From assembly GCA_051867925.1 (NCBI GenBank), contig JBJDZI010000094.1, forward strand, positions 48,092 through 112,091: a stretch of 64,000 bases of DNA, written 5' to 3'. Under the pieces are notes generated by a model that was not told where the DNA came from, made no database searches, and saw only the letters and a program-made list of their open reading frames with translations. Below, one piece after another: positions 54,307 to 62,767 of this stretch. Numbering within the stretch: the stretch's first letter is position 1; the number at the start of each line of letters is the position of its first letter. The DNA is from Eubacteriales bacterium (GTDB lineage Bacteria > Bacillota > Clostridia > Oscillospirales > CAG-272). A program made the translations under genes and the position numbers.

Positions 54307-56130
54307 TCAAACGGTTCTTCTTCTGCGGGTATACAGAATACATCCGCCCAAGGTCACCATCAAAGGCACAGCGACGAGCCAAAGGGGGTCGCCGGTGGCG
54401 GGAGCCGTCTCGACAGGAGTATCAGGTTGCGGAAATTCCGTGAAGGTCAACGTGGATTCATCCACCGGCTCGGTGATATCGATATAGTCGATGACAAAGC
54501 CGGTCTTTTCCATATTGCCGTCATCGCGGGCGGCAACCAGCTTGAAGGTGATGATATTCTCGCCCTCCACGAAGTCGGCGTTGCCCAACACTACGGAGCG
54601 CAGACCGTTCTCTGCGTTGACCTTGCCGCCTACAGTCAGTCCCGCCTTCTGAGAGATGAGACCGCCCACTTCTTTGCCGTTGACCAGCACCTGCACCACG
54701 GCATAGCTTTCGTTGTGGGAGCGCATCCGCCAGGTGATGCCGTAATTGCCCGCCTTAGCAATGTCCACGGTATAATTGACGGTAGCACCGATACCGCCGC
54801 TGCGGAAGAACGCCAGCTGACCGGATTTCGTATCCTCATAACCGCCCAGTTTCAGCGTCCATTTCCAATCGGTTGCGGAAGGATCGTCAGAGGTGGTCTT
54901 GCCGTTGGCGTCGGTCACGCTGAAGGGAGTGGATTCTGCCTCGATGCGGATAGGAAGCGTGAAGACAGGATCGGTATCAGGATCAGGATCAGGATCGGTA
55001 TCAGGATCAAGATCAGGGAACTCGGTGAAGGTCAGCGTAGACTCATCCACGGGTTCGGTCAGTTCGATGTAGTCGATGACAAATCCCGTCTTTGCCATAT
55101 CGCCGTCGTCGCGGGCGCCCACCAATTTGAAAGTAACGATATTCTCTCCCTTTGCAAAATCGGCGTTGCCCAGCACCACGGAGCGCAGTCCGTTCTCTGC
55201 GTTGACCTTGCCGCCTACGGTCAATCCCGCCTTCTGAGAGATGAGACCGCCCACCTCTTCGCCGTTGACCAGCACCTGTACAGTGGCATAGGTATCGTAG
55301 TAAGAGCGCATTCTCCAGGTAATGCCGTAATTGCCCGCCTCGGGGATAGTGACGGTATAATCCACCGTGCCGCCGATGCCGCCGCTGCGGAAAAATGCCA
55401 GTTGACCGGACTTTTGATCGTCGTAGCCGTTCAGTTTCAGCGTCCATTTCCAATCGGTTGCGGAGGTGTCGTTGGTAGTAGTCTTGCCGTTGGCGTCGGT
55501 CACGCTGAAAGGAGTGGACTCTGCCTCAATGCGGTAAGGGAGTTCAAACGCAGGCTCCTCTTCCTCAGAAGCGGAAAGACGGATATAGTCTACGGTAAAG
55601 GCAGTATTCTTTTCGGAAGGACCTGCAGCTACCAGTTCAAAGGTGACGGTGTTCTTACCTGCTGTAAACGATGCCCTGCCGAGACTCACTTCCCGAACTG
55701 TATTCTCTACGTTGACAGCACCGCCGACGGTGTCGCCGCCCTTTTGGGAAACGGGAGTGCCCAGCGCCGTTCCGTTCACGTAAACCTGCACGGTGGAGTA
55801 GCTGTCCGAGTTGGGACGGTACGCCCAGAACACGTCGAAATCGCCCGCCTGCTCCAGCTGGATTTCGTAAGTCACGGTACCGCCTATGCCGCCGCTACGG
55901 AAATAGGGCAATGTGCCGGACACGTTCGAGGCACCTTTCAAAGCCATGGTAAACGCCCATTTGCTGGCGTTACTCTCTGTAGCGGTTACCCCTTCGCTGT
56001 CAGTGACCGAAAAGGGGGTGGATTCGCCCTCGAATTTCAGATCGGTGTTCTCTGCATCTGCGAAAATGGTGATGCTGAGTCCCGTCACCACGAAGGCAAG
56101 GGTCAAAAGGATGGAAATCAGTTTTTTCAT
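54307..56130 (-). CDS. Cell-surface protein with three CBM6/35-like modules and a sortase-type C-terminal sorting signal
   Basis: 607 aa from ATG 56130 (MKKLISILLTLAFVVTGLSITIFA, AAGGAAG SD). Modules begin DLKFEGESTPF / YRIEAESTPF / IRIEAESTPF. DLDPDTDPDPDPDTDP linker. C-terminus APATGD + hydrophobic PLWLVAVPLMVTLGGCILY + TRRRRTV. Confidence 0.8.
   Translation of the reverse strand: MKKLISILLTLAFVVTGLSITIFADAENTDLKFEGESTPFSVTDSEGVTATESNASKWAFTMALKGASNVSGTLPYFRSGGIGGTVTYEIQLEQAGDFDVFWAYRPNSDSYSTVQVYVNGTALGTPVSQKGGDTVGGAVNVENTVREVSLGRASFTAGKNTVTFELVAAGPSEKNTAFTVDYIRLSASEEEEPAFELPYRIEAESTPFSVTDANGKTTTNDTSATDWKWTLKLNGYDDQKSGQLAFFRSGGIGGTVDYTVTIPEAGNYGITWRMRSYYDTYATVQVLVNGEEVGGLISQKAGLTVGGKVNAENGLRSVVLGNADFAKGENIVTFKLVGARDDGDMAKTGFVIDYIELTEPVDESTLTFTEFPDLDPDTDPDPDPDTDPVFTLPIRIEAESTPFSVTDANGKTTSDDPSATDWKWTLKLGGYEDTKSGQLAFFRSGGIGATVNYTVDIAKAGNYGITWRMRSHNESYAVVQVLVNGKEVGGLISQKAGLTVGGKVNAENGLRSVVLGNADFVEGENIITFKLVAARDDGNMEKTGFVIDYIDITEPVDESTLTFTEFPQPDTPVETAPATGDPLWLVAVPLMVTLGGCILYTRRRRTV
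54430..55539 (-). repeat. Intragenic tandem duplication: two 525-bp module-coding units (54430-54954 and 55015-55539), period 585 bp, separated by a GGATC(A/G)-rich Asp-Pro linker
   Basis: Protein modules aa 216-390 and 411-585 of the track ORF are mostly identical by eye, e.g. SGQLAFFRSGGIG, NYGITWRMRS, GGLISQKAGLTVGGKVNAENGLRSVVLGNADF, TEPVDESTLTFTEFP. Long identical DNA runs are visible. Confidence 0.85.
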
Positions 56131-56355
56131 TCGAATAACTTCCTTTCGTGAAATCATCAGTTCTGCCACCATGCGGCGATTCATGGGTGCATTTCTTCAT
56201 TATTATTATAAATTGATTTTGTCAAGATTTCAATATTATTTTCTTTGCATTTCTTGCATTTAACTACGATTTTTGTTCTCTTTTCTCTATTTTGCACAAA
56301 TATAGCGTTTCTTGATTGTGTGTTTTAACCATATCTAATTCCGCCCTTCCCCACT

Positions 56356-56386
56356 AAAAATCGGCAGAGGACAAGTCCTCTGCCGA
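56356..56386 (-). terminator. Rho-independent terminator of the GLUG lipoprotein gene
   Basis: TCGGCAGAGG (56361-56370) / CCTCTGCCGA (56377-56386). The minus strand is then followed by TTTTT (plus-strand A-run 56356-56360). Confidence 0.75.
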
Positions 56387-56403
56387 TGGCATACTGATTC
56401 GAT

Positions 56404-57480
56404 TTAGTGCAGTGTTGTACCGATCGCCCCGCCTGCGACGCCGCCCAGTGCGATGCCCTCGCCCTTATAAGCCAAAACGTCGGCGGTGGGATTTGCGTGA
56501 ACCTTGCAATTCGCTTGGGAATTGCTTCCCTCGATGGAAAGGGTGCCGTCCGCCTCCAGCACGCCTACCAGCGTGCCGGTGTTGAACATGACGTTAGCGG
56601 AGGTATCCACAACACAAGCGGAGCTGACCGTACAAGCGGTCACGGCAGAGGTGCCGCTGACTCTGCCCGCGATGGGTGCGGCGTAGCCGGTAAAACCCTG
56701 ATTGTAGTTGACGTTTGCGGGGACGGTCACATCCACGTTGTTGAGCGTCACGCCCTGCACCAAGCCGCCGTTCAGATAGCCCACCAGACCGCCGATGTAC
56801 ATCTGATAGTTCTTGTTAAAACTGCAATTGATGTTCAGCGAGCTGTCGGACAGCGTCAGATCCTTCACCACACCGCCTTCGTCCAGTTCCAGCACCAAAA
56901 GTGTCACCGTACCTCTGGCGTAGCGATTGTAAGTGCCGTCGGGCAGATCTTCCAATACATAGGAGCCTACCTTGTCCGCGTTGGGCATATTTCCGCCGCC
57001 GTTTGCCATCACGAAGGTCCAGTTCAGATTTTTGATGGTATGCCCTGCGCCGTTGAAGATTCCGCTGTAACGGTACAACGGTTCGTAAGCCCCCACGTCT
57101 GCGTAGCCGGTCAGATCAATGTCAGCGGTCAGGGTAATATTGGTATCCACAGCGGCATCACCCTTATTGATGGCGTCGATGGCGGCGATCAGCTGGTTCG
57201 CATCTCCGACGGTAAAGCCGTCCGTTTCAGCAGGCTTGTCCTCGGTCTGGGGTTTGTCGGTCACCTCGGGTGCATCGGTGGCAGGGGTATCGGTGGTCAC
57301 CTTGTCCAAAATGGGATTTTTGGTTGTGGTGGCGGGATCGTCGGAAGAGGGCGTGGTGCTGATAGGAGCAGGCGCGCCCGTGGTACTCACCGCTTCGGTG
57401 GCGGGATCGTCGGTTGCAGAGCAGGAAGCCAGTGGCAGAGTCAACAGAAGCGCCGCCAGCAGCAGAGACAGTTTTTTCAT
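56404..57480 (-). CDS. Lipoprotein with Thr/Pro-rich linker and GLUG-motif beta-helix-like repeats
   Basis: 358 aa. MKKLSLLLAALLLTLPLASCS lipobox, TTPSSDDPATTT linker, YIGGLVGYLNGGLVQG and GGVAGGAIG (GLUG-type). Confidence 0.75.
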   Translation of the reverse strand: MKKLSLLLAALLLTLPLASCSATDDPATEAVSTTGAPAPISTTPSSDDPATTTKNPILDKVTTDTPATDAPEVTDKPQTEDKPAETDGFTVGDANQLIAAIDAINKGDAAVDTNITLTADIDLTGYADVGAYEPLYRYSGIFNGAGHTIKNLNWTFVMANGGGNMPNADKVGSYVLEDLPDGTYNRYARGTVTLLVLELDEGGVVKDLTLSDSSLNINCSFNKNYQMYIGGLVGYLNGGLVQGVTLNNVDVTVPANVNYNQGFTGYAAPIAGRVSGTSAVTACTVSSACVVDTSANVMFNTGTLVGVLEADGTLSIEGSNSQANCKVHANPTADVLAYKGEGIALGGVAGGAIGTTLH

Positions 57481-57645
57481 CGCGGAAATTCTCCTTTTTG
57501 GTTCGATTGGGAAATTTGCTTCATTATATCATATAAATCGGCGGGTGTAAAGATGTTATGGCTTCCTTTTCCCAAAATGCGCAAAATCTTGGACTGCCGT
57601 GGGACAAACACAAACCGCCGATCCGAGAGACTCCCGAATCGGCGG

Positions 57646-57697
57646 GTGCAAAGAGCAAGTGCAAAGAGCAAGTGCAAAGAGCGGGTGCAAAGAGCCG
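57646..57697. repeat. 13-nt tandem repeat x4 (GTGCAAAGAGC-RR)
   Basis: GTGCAAAGAGCAA GTGCAAAGAGCAA GTGCAAAGAGCGG GTGCAAAGAGCCG, read directly. Intergenic, between the capA-like stop and the GLUG gene start. Confidence 0.9.
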
Positions 57698-57714
57698 GCG
57701 CACGGGGCGCAATT

Positions 57715-59163
57715 CTATTCTTCGCGCACTGTTTCGGTTACTCTTCCATCGGCATCGATCATAACGCCGTCAGAGTGGAGTCTGAGCCAGTTCAGGATGT
57801 TACTGCCCATCTGTTTTCCCCCCACGAAGGAGGTCACGCACCCCTTCTGGAGCGCGGGAAGGAAGGTGTGCACCAGACTGCCGTCGGAGCGGATCTCCAC
57901 CTTCAGCAGTCCCGTGCCGAGATCGTAATCGTTGAACCAGAAGTTTCCCAGATTATAGAAGATAGCCTTCCCCTTGTAATACTCAATCCCCTGCAATTGA
58001 TGGGCGTGAGCGCCCACGATCAGGTCAGCCCCCGCGTCGATATACTCTCGGGCGGTGGAGACCTGCACATCTTCCGGTTCCGCCGAATACTCGGTTCCCC
58101 AGTGCACGCAGGCGATCACAAAATCGCTGTTTGCCTTTGCCTCGCGGATCACCTGCAAAAACTTCGCCGTGTCGTAACAGCGCAGGATACCGGGAGAGTC
58201 TGCGGTAGCCTCTGGCGTCATCTTGTGCTTTTCCGCCCGGCTGGCGGCAACGTAAGCGATCTTCCTGCCGTTTGCAATATAGTACATCGGCTTCATCGCT
58301 TCGTCTATATTGGCGCCGCCTCCCACGGAATCCACATTATACTGCCTGAGCGCATCCAGCGTATCGAGAAAAGCATCCTTTCCGTAGTCGTACGCGTGAT
58401 TGTTGGCAAGAGACACGATGTCCACCCCCAACGTATTGTAGAGAGCGGTGTTTTGCACGGCGGCACGGAAGGTATAATACTTGTTCGCCAGCGGCGTACC
58501 GCGATTTGAGATGGTGAACTCGTTATTCAAAAAGGTAATGTCATCCGCTTGCATCTCGGCGATCAGCGCAGGATCGATGCAATCGGTGATGGGCAGTCCG
58601 TTTTTCGCCATATACTGCATAGGCAGATAATTGTCAGCAAGACAAATATCCCCTCCGAAGGTGAGAACGGTGGAATCGCCCGCCACTCCGGGCGTACCCG
58701 TACTGAGCAGACGGATGCGGCAATTCTCCTCCACGGCGCGGGTGCCAAGATCCCGCAGGACGAAATAACTGTTGCCCGTGACCTCGTACCAGATCTCTCG
58801 GGAATAAGCCTGCTGGGACAGGTGGGACTGCAATGCAAGCAGAACCTCCGTCCCAAAGGTGTCCGCCAGATAGTTCAGGATCTCCTCTAGATATTCGTCG
58901 GATTCCTGCTTCTGCTCCAGCAAGGTCAAGATCTCTCCGATCACCGTCTGCCCATCGGGGGAAGGTTCGGGCAAACTCTCCGACGGCTCTGTTGTCGTGG
59001 GAACAGTAGTGGTCGCAGTCGTTGAACCGGTCGTTGCGGCGGGAGATGCCGAGGTCAGTGCAGCGGTGACCGTCTGCAAAGCGGCAGGATCGCTTATACA
59101 GCCGCACAGCAGCGACAGGAGCAGAGCGGCGGCGATCAGAATCCGATAATGCTTGTATTTCAT
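57715..59163 (-). CDS. CapA/PGA_cap family metallophosphatase-like lipoprotein
   Basis: 482 aa. LLSLLCGC lipobox. FGGDICLADN, SLANNHAYDYG, VHWGTEYS, IVGAHAHQLQGIEYY, YNLGNFWF. Confidence 0.8.
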   Translation of the reverse strand: MKYKHYRILIAAALLLSLLCGCISDPAALQTVTAALTSASPAATTGSTTATTTVPTTTEPSESLPEPSPDGQTVIGEILTLLEQKQESDEYLEEILNYLADTFGTEVLLALQSHLSQQAYSREIWYEVTGNSYFVLRDLGTRAVEENCRIRLLSTGTPGVAGDSTVLTFGGDICLADNYLPMQYMAKNGLPITDCIDPALIAEMQADDITFLNNEFTISNRGTPLANKYYTFRAAVQNTALYNTLGVDIVSLANNHAYDYGKDAFLDTLDALRQYNVDSVGGGANIDEAMKPMYYIANGRKIAYVAASRAEKHKMTPEATADSPGILRCYDTAKFLQVIREAKANSDFVIACVHWGTEYSAEPEDVQVSTAREYIDAGADLIVGAHAHQLQGIEYYKGKAIFYNLGNFWFNDYDLGTGLLKVEIRSDGSLVHTFLPALQKGCVTSFVGGKQMGSNILNWLRLHSDGVMIDADGRVTETVREE

Positions 59164-59173
59164 TAATTTCTCC

Positions 59174-61717
59174 TCACTTGCACTCGTACCAGGTCTTGCC
59201 GCAGGACACCTCTGCTGTCAGAGGAACCAGCGCGTCAAATGCCCGCTCCATTTCCTCTTTCAAGAGAGCAGCGGCGGCTTCCGCACAATCGTCGCGCACC
59301 TCAAGGATCAATTCGTCGTGAACCTGGAGGATCAGTTTGGCATCCATCTCCGATCGGGAGAGCGCATCCTCCACGCGGATCATCGCCACCTTGATGATGT
59401 CGGCGGCAGAGCCTTGAATGGGGGAGTTCATTGCCACCCGCTCGCCGAAGGCGCGCATCATGGCTTTGGAGGAGGTCAGTTCGGGGATATACCGCCGTCT
59501 GCCGAAGAGGGTTTTGACGAAGCCCTTCTCCTTCCCTTCCTCGATGGTGGAATGCAGGTAAGCATCCACCCCGCTGTAAGTCTCTTTGTAAGAGCGGATA
59601 TATTCACCCGCCTGATATTTGGTGATTCCCAGATCCTGTGCCAGAGCAAAGTCCGAAATGCCGTACACGATACCGAAGTTCACCGCCTTCGCCCGTTTCC
59701 GCAGTTCGGGCGTGACCTCTGCTTCGGGCACACCGAAGACTTGGGACGCGGTGACGGTGTGGATGTCGGTACCTTTGCGGAAGGCGTCGATCATAATGGG
59801 ATCGCCCGCACAGTGCGCCAGCAGGCGAAGTTCGATCTGCGAATAGTCGGCGTCCACCAGGGTGTAGCCCTCCCGTGCCACGAAAGCGCGGCGCAGTTCC
59901 CTGCCCAGTTCGGTGCGGATGGGGATATTCTGCAGGTTCGGCTCGGTAGAGGAGAGCCGTCCCGTAGCGGTCAGTGCCTGCTTGAAGGTGGTGTGAACCC
60001 GCCCCTCCATATCAGCCACCGCCAACAAGCCCTCCGCATAGGTGGAGCGGAGTTTGGTCACCTGACGGTAGTCGAGGATCAGATCAATGATGGGATGGAT
60101 AGGGCGCAGTTTCTCCAAAACCTCCGCATTGGTGGAGTAGCCCGTCTTGGTTTTCTTGAAAAAGGGGAGTTTCAGTTCATCGAACAGTACCTCCCCCAGT
60201 TGTTTGGGAGAATTGATGTTGAACTCGTGTCCCGCCATACGGTAGATCTCCGCCATATCGCCTGCGGCGGCGATCTCCAGCGCAACCGAAAACGCCTGCA
60301 GGGCGTTCCGATCCACCAAAAAGCCCCGATTTTCCATATTGTACAGGACTCTCGCCAGCGGAAATTCCATGGTTTCGTAAAGGTTCAGACATTCGTCTGC
60401 CTTCATGCGGGCGGTCAGCGGCTCGATCAGCTGACGGATCGCCTCGGCACTCTCGGTGGGCGCGCCCAGATAGGCTCCCGCAATCTTGGCAAGGGAGGGC
60501 GTACTGTCGGAGGAATTGATGACATACGCCGCCAGCAAAACATCGAATGAGCAACGGAAGGATGCCGCATCAAAGTGCGGCAGAATCTCGTCCAGCGTAT
60601 GCAGGAGCGTTTTCAGATCGTACACCGCAAAGGAAAGGTCGGTCTCTTTCAGCCAGTCGGCGATTTGTTCCAGCGTGTCGCCTGCAAGCAGACCTTCCCC
60701 CAGCGCACAGGAGAGACAGCGATTGCCGTCGCAAACCTCGATGGCATCATCGGTCAGCCACAGCGCCACAGGAGCAGTGAGACCTGCCGTCACCAGCAGA
60801 TCGGCGGTGACCGCCTCCACGGGCATCTCCTCTGCCGCCTCGGCAGCGGGGAGATCCGCGTCCAGTCCCATCCGTTTGATGTAGCCTGCAAACTCCAGTT
60901 CTGCAAACAGGGAGCGAAGGGCGGCTCGATCAGGGGCTTTCATCACCAGTGCTTCGGGTGCAAAATCCAGCGGCATATCGCGAACGATCCGCGCCAGTTT
61001 TTGCGACAGATACGCCTGCTCCTTCTGCCGGCGAAGATTGGTCAGCACCTTCTCGCTTGCCTTCACCTCGTCGATGTGGGCGTAGATCCCATCCAGACTG
61101 CCGTAGGCGGCGATCAGTTTGGCGGCGGTTTTCTCTCCCACCCCCGCAACGCCGGGGATATTGTCGGACGAATCGCCCATCAGGGCTTTCATATCCACGA
61201 ACTGCTCCACCCGCACGCCGTAATCGGCTTGGAAGCGGTCAGGCGTATAGGGGACATTCTCGTTGTTTTTGGCAAGGAGAACGGTAGTCTTTTCGGAGAT
61301 AAGTTGCAGGCTGTCCCGGTCGCCGGTGAGGATGAAGCACTCCCCGCCGTCCTTTTCCCAAAGAGCGGAGAGGGTACCCAGCCAGTCGTCCGCCTCATAG
61401 CCTTCCTTCTCCAGGATGGGAATGCCCATGGCGTGCAAAAATCGTTTGGCATAGGGGAATTGCATCAACAGTTCGGGGGGCGTGCCGTGCCGCCCCGCCT
61501 TATATCCGTCGTACATTTTGTGGCGGAAGGTGGGCGCATGAACGTCAAACGCCACCGCAACGGCATCGGGCTTCAGCGCGTCCAATTGACTGAGCAGAAC
61601 GTTCACGAAGCCGTAAACGGCATGAGTAAACACGCCCGCGGAATTGGTCAGCGGACGCACGCCGAAGTATTGGCGGTTCAGAATCGAGTTGCCGTCGATC
61701 AGCAGAAGTTTTTTCAT
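59174..61717 (-). CDS. polA: DNA polymerase I
   Basis: 847 aa. 5'-nuclease N-terminus LLLIDGNSILNRQYF, GDSSDNIPGVAGVGEKTA. Polymerase motifs DYSQIELR, RRAKAVNFGIVYG, QVHDELILE. Confidence 0.95.
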   Translation of the reverse strand: MKKLLLIDGNSILNRQYFGVRPLTNSAGVFTHAVYGFVNVLLSQLDALKPDAVAVAFDVHAPTFRHKMYDGYKAGRHGTPPELLMQFPYAKRFLHAMGIPILEKEGYEADDWLGTLSALWEKDGGECFILTGDRDSLQLISEKTTVLLAKNNENVPYTPDRFQADYGVRVEQFVDMKALMGDSSDNIPGVAGVGEKTAAKLIAAYGSLDGIYAHIDEVKASEKVLTNLRRQKEQAYLSQKLARIVRDMPLDFAPEALVMKAPDRAALRSLFAELEFAGYIKRMGLDADLPAAEAAEEMPVEAVTADLLVTAGLTAPVALWLTDDAIEVCDGNRCLSCALGEGLLAGDTLEQIADWLKETDLSFAVYDLKTLLHTLDEILPHFDAASFRCSFDVLLAAYVINSSDSTPSLAKIAGAYLGAPTESAEAIRQLIEPLTARMKADECLNLYETMEFPLARVLYNMENRGFLVDRNALQAFSVALEIAAAGDMAEIYRMAGHEFNINSPKQLGEVLFDELKLPFFKKTKTGYSTNAEVLEKLRPIHPIIDLILDYRQVTKLRSTYAEGLLAVADMEGRVHTTFKQALTATGRLSSTEPNLQNIPIRTELGRELRRAFVAREGYTLVDADYSQIELRLLAHCAGDPIMIDAFRKGTDIHTVTASQVFGVPEAEVTPELRKRAKAVNFGIVYGISDFALAQDLGITKYQAGEYIRSYKETYSGVDAYLHSTIEEGKEKGFVKTLFGRRRYIPELTSSKAMMRAFGERVAMNSPIQGSAADIIKVAMIRVEDALSRSEMDAKLILQVHDELILEVRDDCAEAAAALLKEEMERAFDALVPLTAEVSCGKTWYECK

Positions 61718-61890
61718 AGGAAGACCTCTTCATCGGATAGATAATTTTATTGTACCACATTTTCAGACAAATGGGTAGACTTTTTTGAAAAAATATGAAA
61801 AAAGTAGCCGCCAAACGCACCAAGCACCCTTTGATCAGTACCAACCCACTGAAAGTTTCGGTAAGTTGTTTGTTATTTTTGTCATTTCTA

Positions 61891-61919
61891 TTGACAAACA
61901 CGAACTGTTGTTATATACT
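61891..61919 (+). promoter_or_regulatory. Sigma-70-type promoter for the small ORF
   Basis: TTGACA (61891-61896), 17 nt, TATACT (61914-61919). Confidence 0.6.
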
Positions 61920-61971
61920 ATTTTTGCCATTTAAGGGAATTATTGTTATTTCATACAGGAGAAGAAAGAAG

Positions 61972-62202
61972 ATGAGGTATACTTATCGCGTGCGGGAAGA
62001 TCGCCTAAGGGATGAAGAAGGGGTGGAGCATAAGGTCTACGGCATCGAAGTGCTCAGCGAGGCGGGCGAATTGCTTCCGGAGTATACGATCCCCGATCTG
62101 TTTTGTCAGCGGGAACCGGCGGAAGGGCTTGCATCGCTCTGCACCGAACTACAGCTGGAGCCGATCCATCTCGCCGCCGTAGCCGAGGACACGCTGGTAT
62201 AG
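61972..62202 (+). CDS. Small hypothetical protein (76 aa)
   Basis: ATG 61972 after AGGAGAAG. MRYTYRVREDRLRDEEGVEHKVYGIEVLSEAGELL... Promoter upstream and terminator downstream. The longer track ORF start at 61795 is unlikely. Confidence 0.55.
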   Translation: MRYTYRVREDRLRDEEGVEHKVYGIEVLSEAGELLPEYTIPDLFCQREPAEGLASLCTELQLEPIHLAAVAEDTLV

Positions 62203-62291
62203 AGAGAGCCGCTGAAAACAAAAAAACACGTACCCCCAACCGAGCGCAAGTATTCTGACCTGCTTTCGATTGGGGGCGTGTCCATTGAATG

Positions 62292-62332
62292 AATTGTCGG
62301 CAAAGGCACAAAAAGTGCCTTTGCCGACAATT
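62292..62332. terminator. Bidirectional terminator hairpin
   Basis: AATTGTCGGCAAAGGCAC-AAAAA-GTGCCTTTGCCGACAATT, a perfect 18-bp stem between convergent small genes. Confidence 0.75.
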
Positions 62333-62378
62333 CAAGCCGGATATATGTATATATTCCGACCAGTCGTATTGGATTAGA

Positions 62379-62606
62379 TTAGCCAACTTTGTAGCCGATA
62401 TTTTTCGGCTTGGTAGGATCAAACATCAAATTGAAAATCGATGCAACCACACCGTAAATTCCGAAAGTTACAATAGACAGCAGGATGTAGCATCCGGTTC
62501 TGGAAACGAAGCCTTCAGGCTTCAAGGAAGTATGATTGATGATAAGGCTTCCAATCCATCCAAGGAAAAATGTCAACAAAAAGCGCACGAGCTTGTTGTT
62601 ATCCAT
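62379..62606 (-). CDS. Small two-TM membrane protein (75 aa; TM2-like N-terminal motif)
   Basis: Trimmed to ATG 62606 (MDNNKLVRFLLTFFLGWIGSLIIN.., AAGGAGG SD). Confidence 0.55.
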   Translation of the reverse strand: MDNNKLVRFLLTFFLGWIGSLIINHTSLKPEGFVSRTGCYILLSIVTFGIYGVVASIFNLMFDPTKPKNIGYKVG

Positions 62607-62767
62607 ATCAGTATCCTCCTTTCTCAAAGATTGTGCCGGGAATTTATTCGGAGTCGACATATGCCGAATCTCTCGATTGTGATTGTAGCATATTCAGATG
62701 CTTTTGTCAATAGGCAAACAGGAAAAGAGACTCTTTTTTCAGATTCCTCTGAATCACCGTCGAAAAT

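Noticed and set aside
51361-56151. 1596-aa ORF on the + strand, the longest ORF in the window
   Set aside because: It is the antisense shadow of two well-supported minus-strand genes, which have signal peptides, SD sites and a modular domain structure. Its translation is low-complexity (G/R/A/V/H-rich) with no motif and spans an intergenic gap. This is a typical high-GC artefact.
57646-57697. Possible CRISPR array or other direct-repeat arrays
   Set aside because: The units are 13 nt and contiguous, with no spacers. No cas genes are present and no 25-40 nt repeat/spacer periodicity occurs anywhere in the window.
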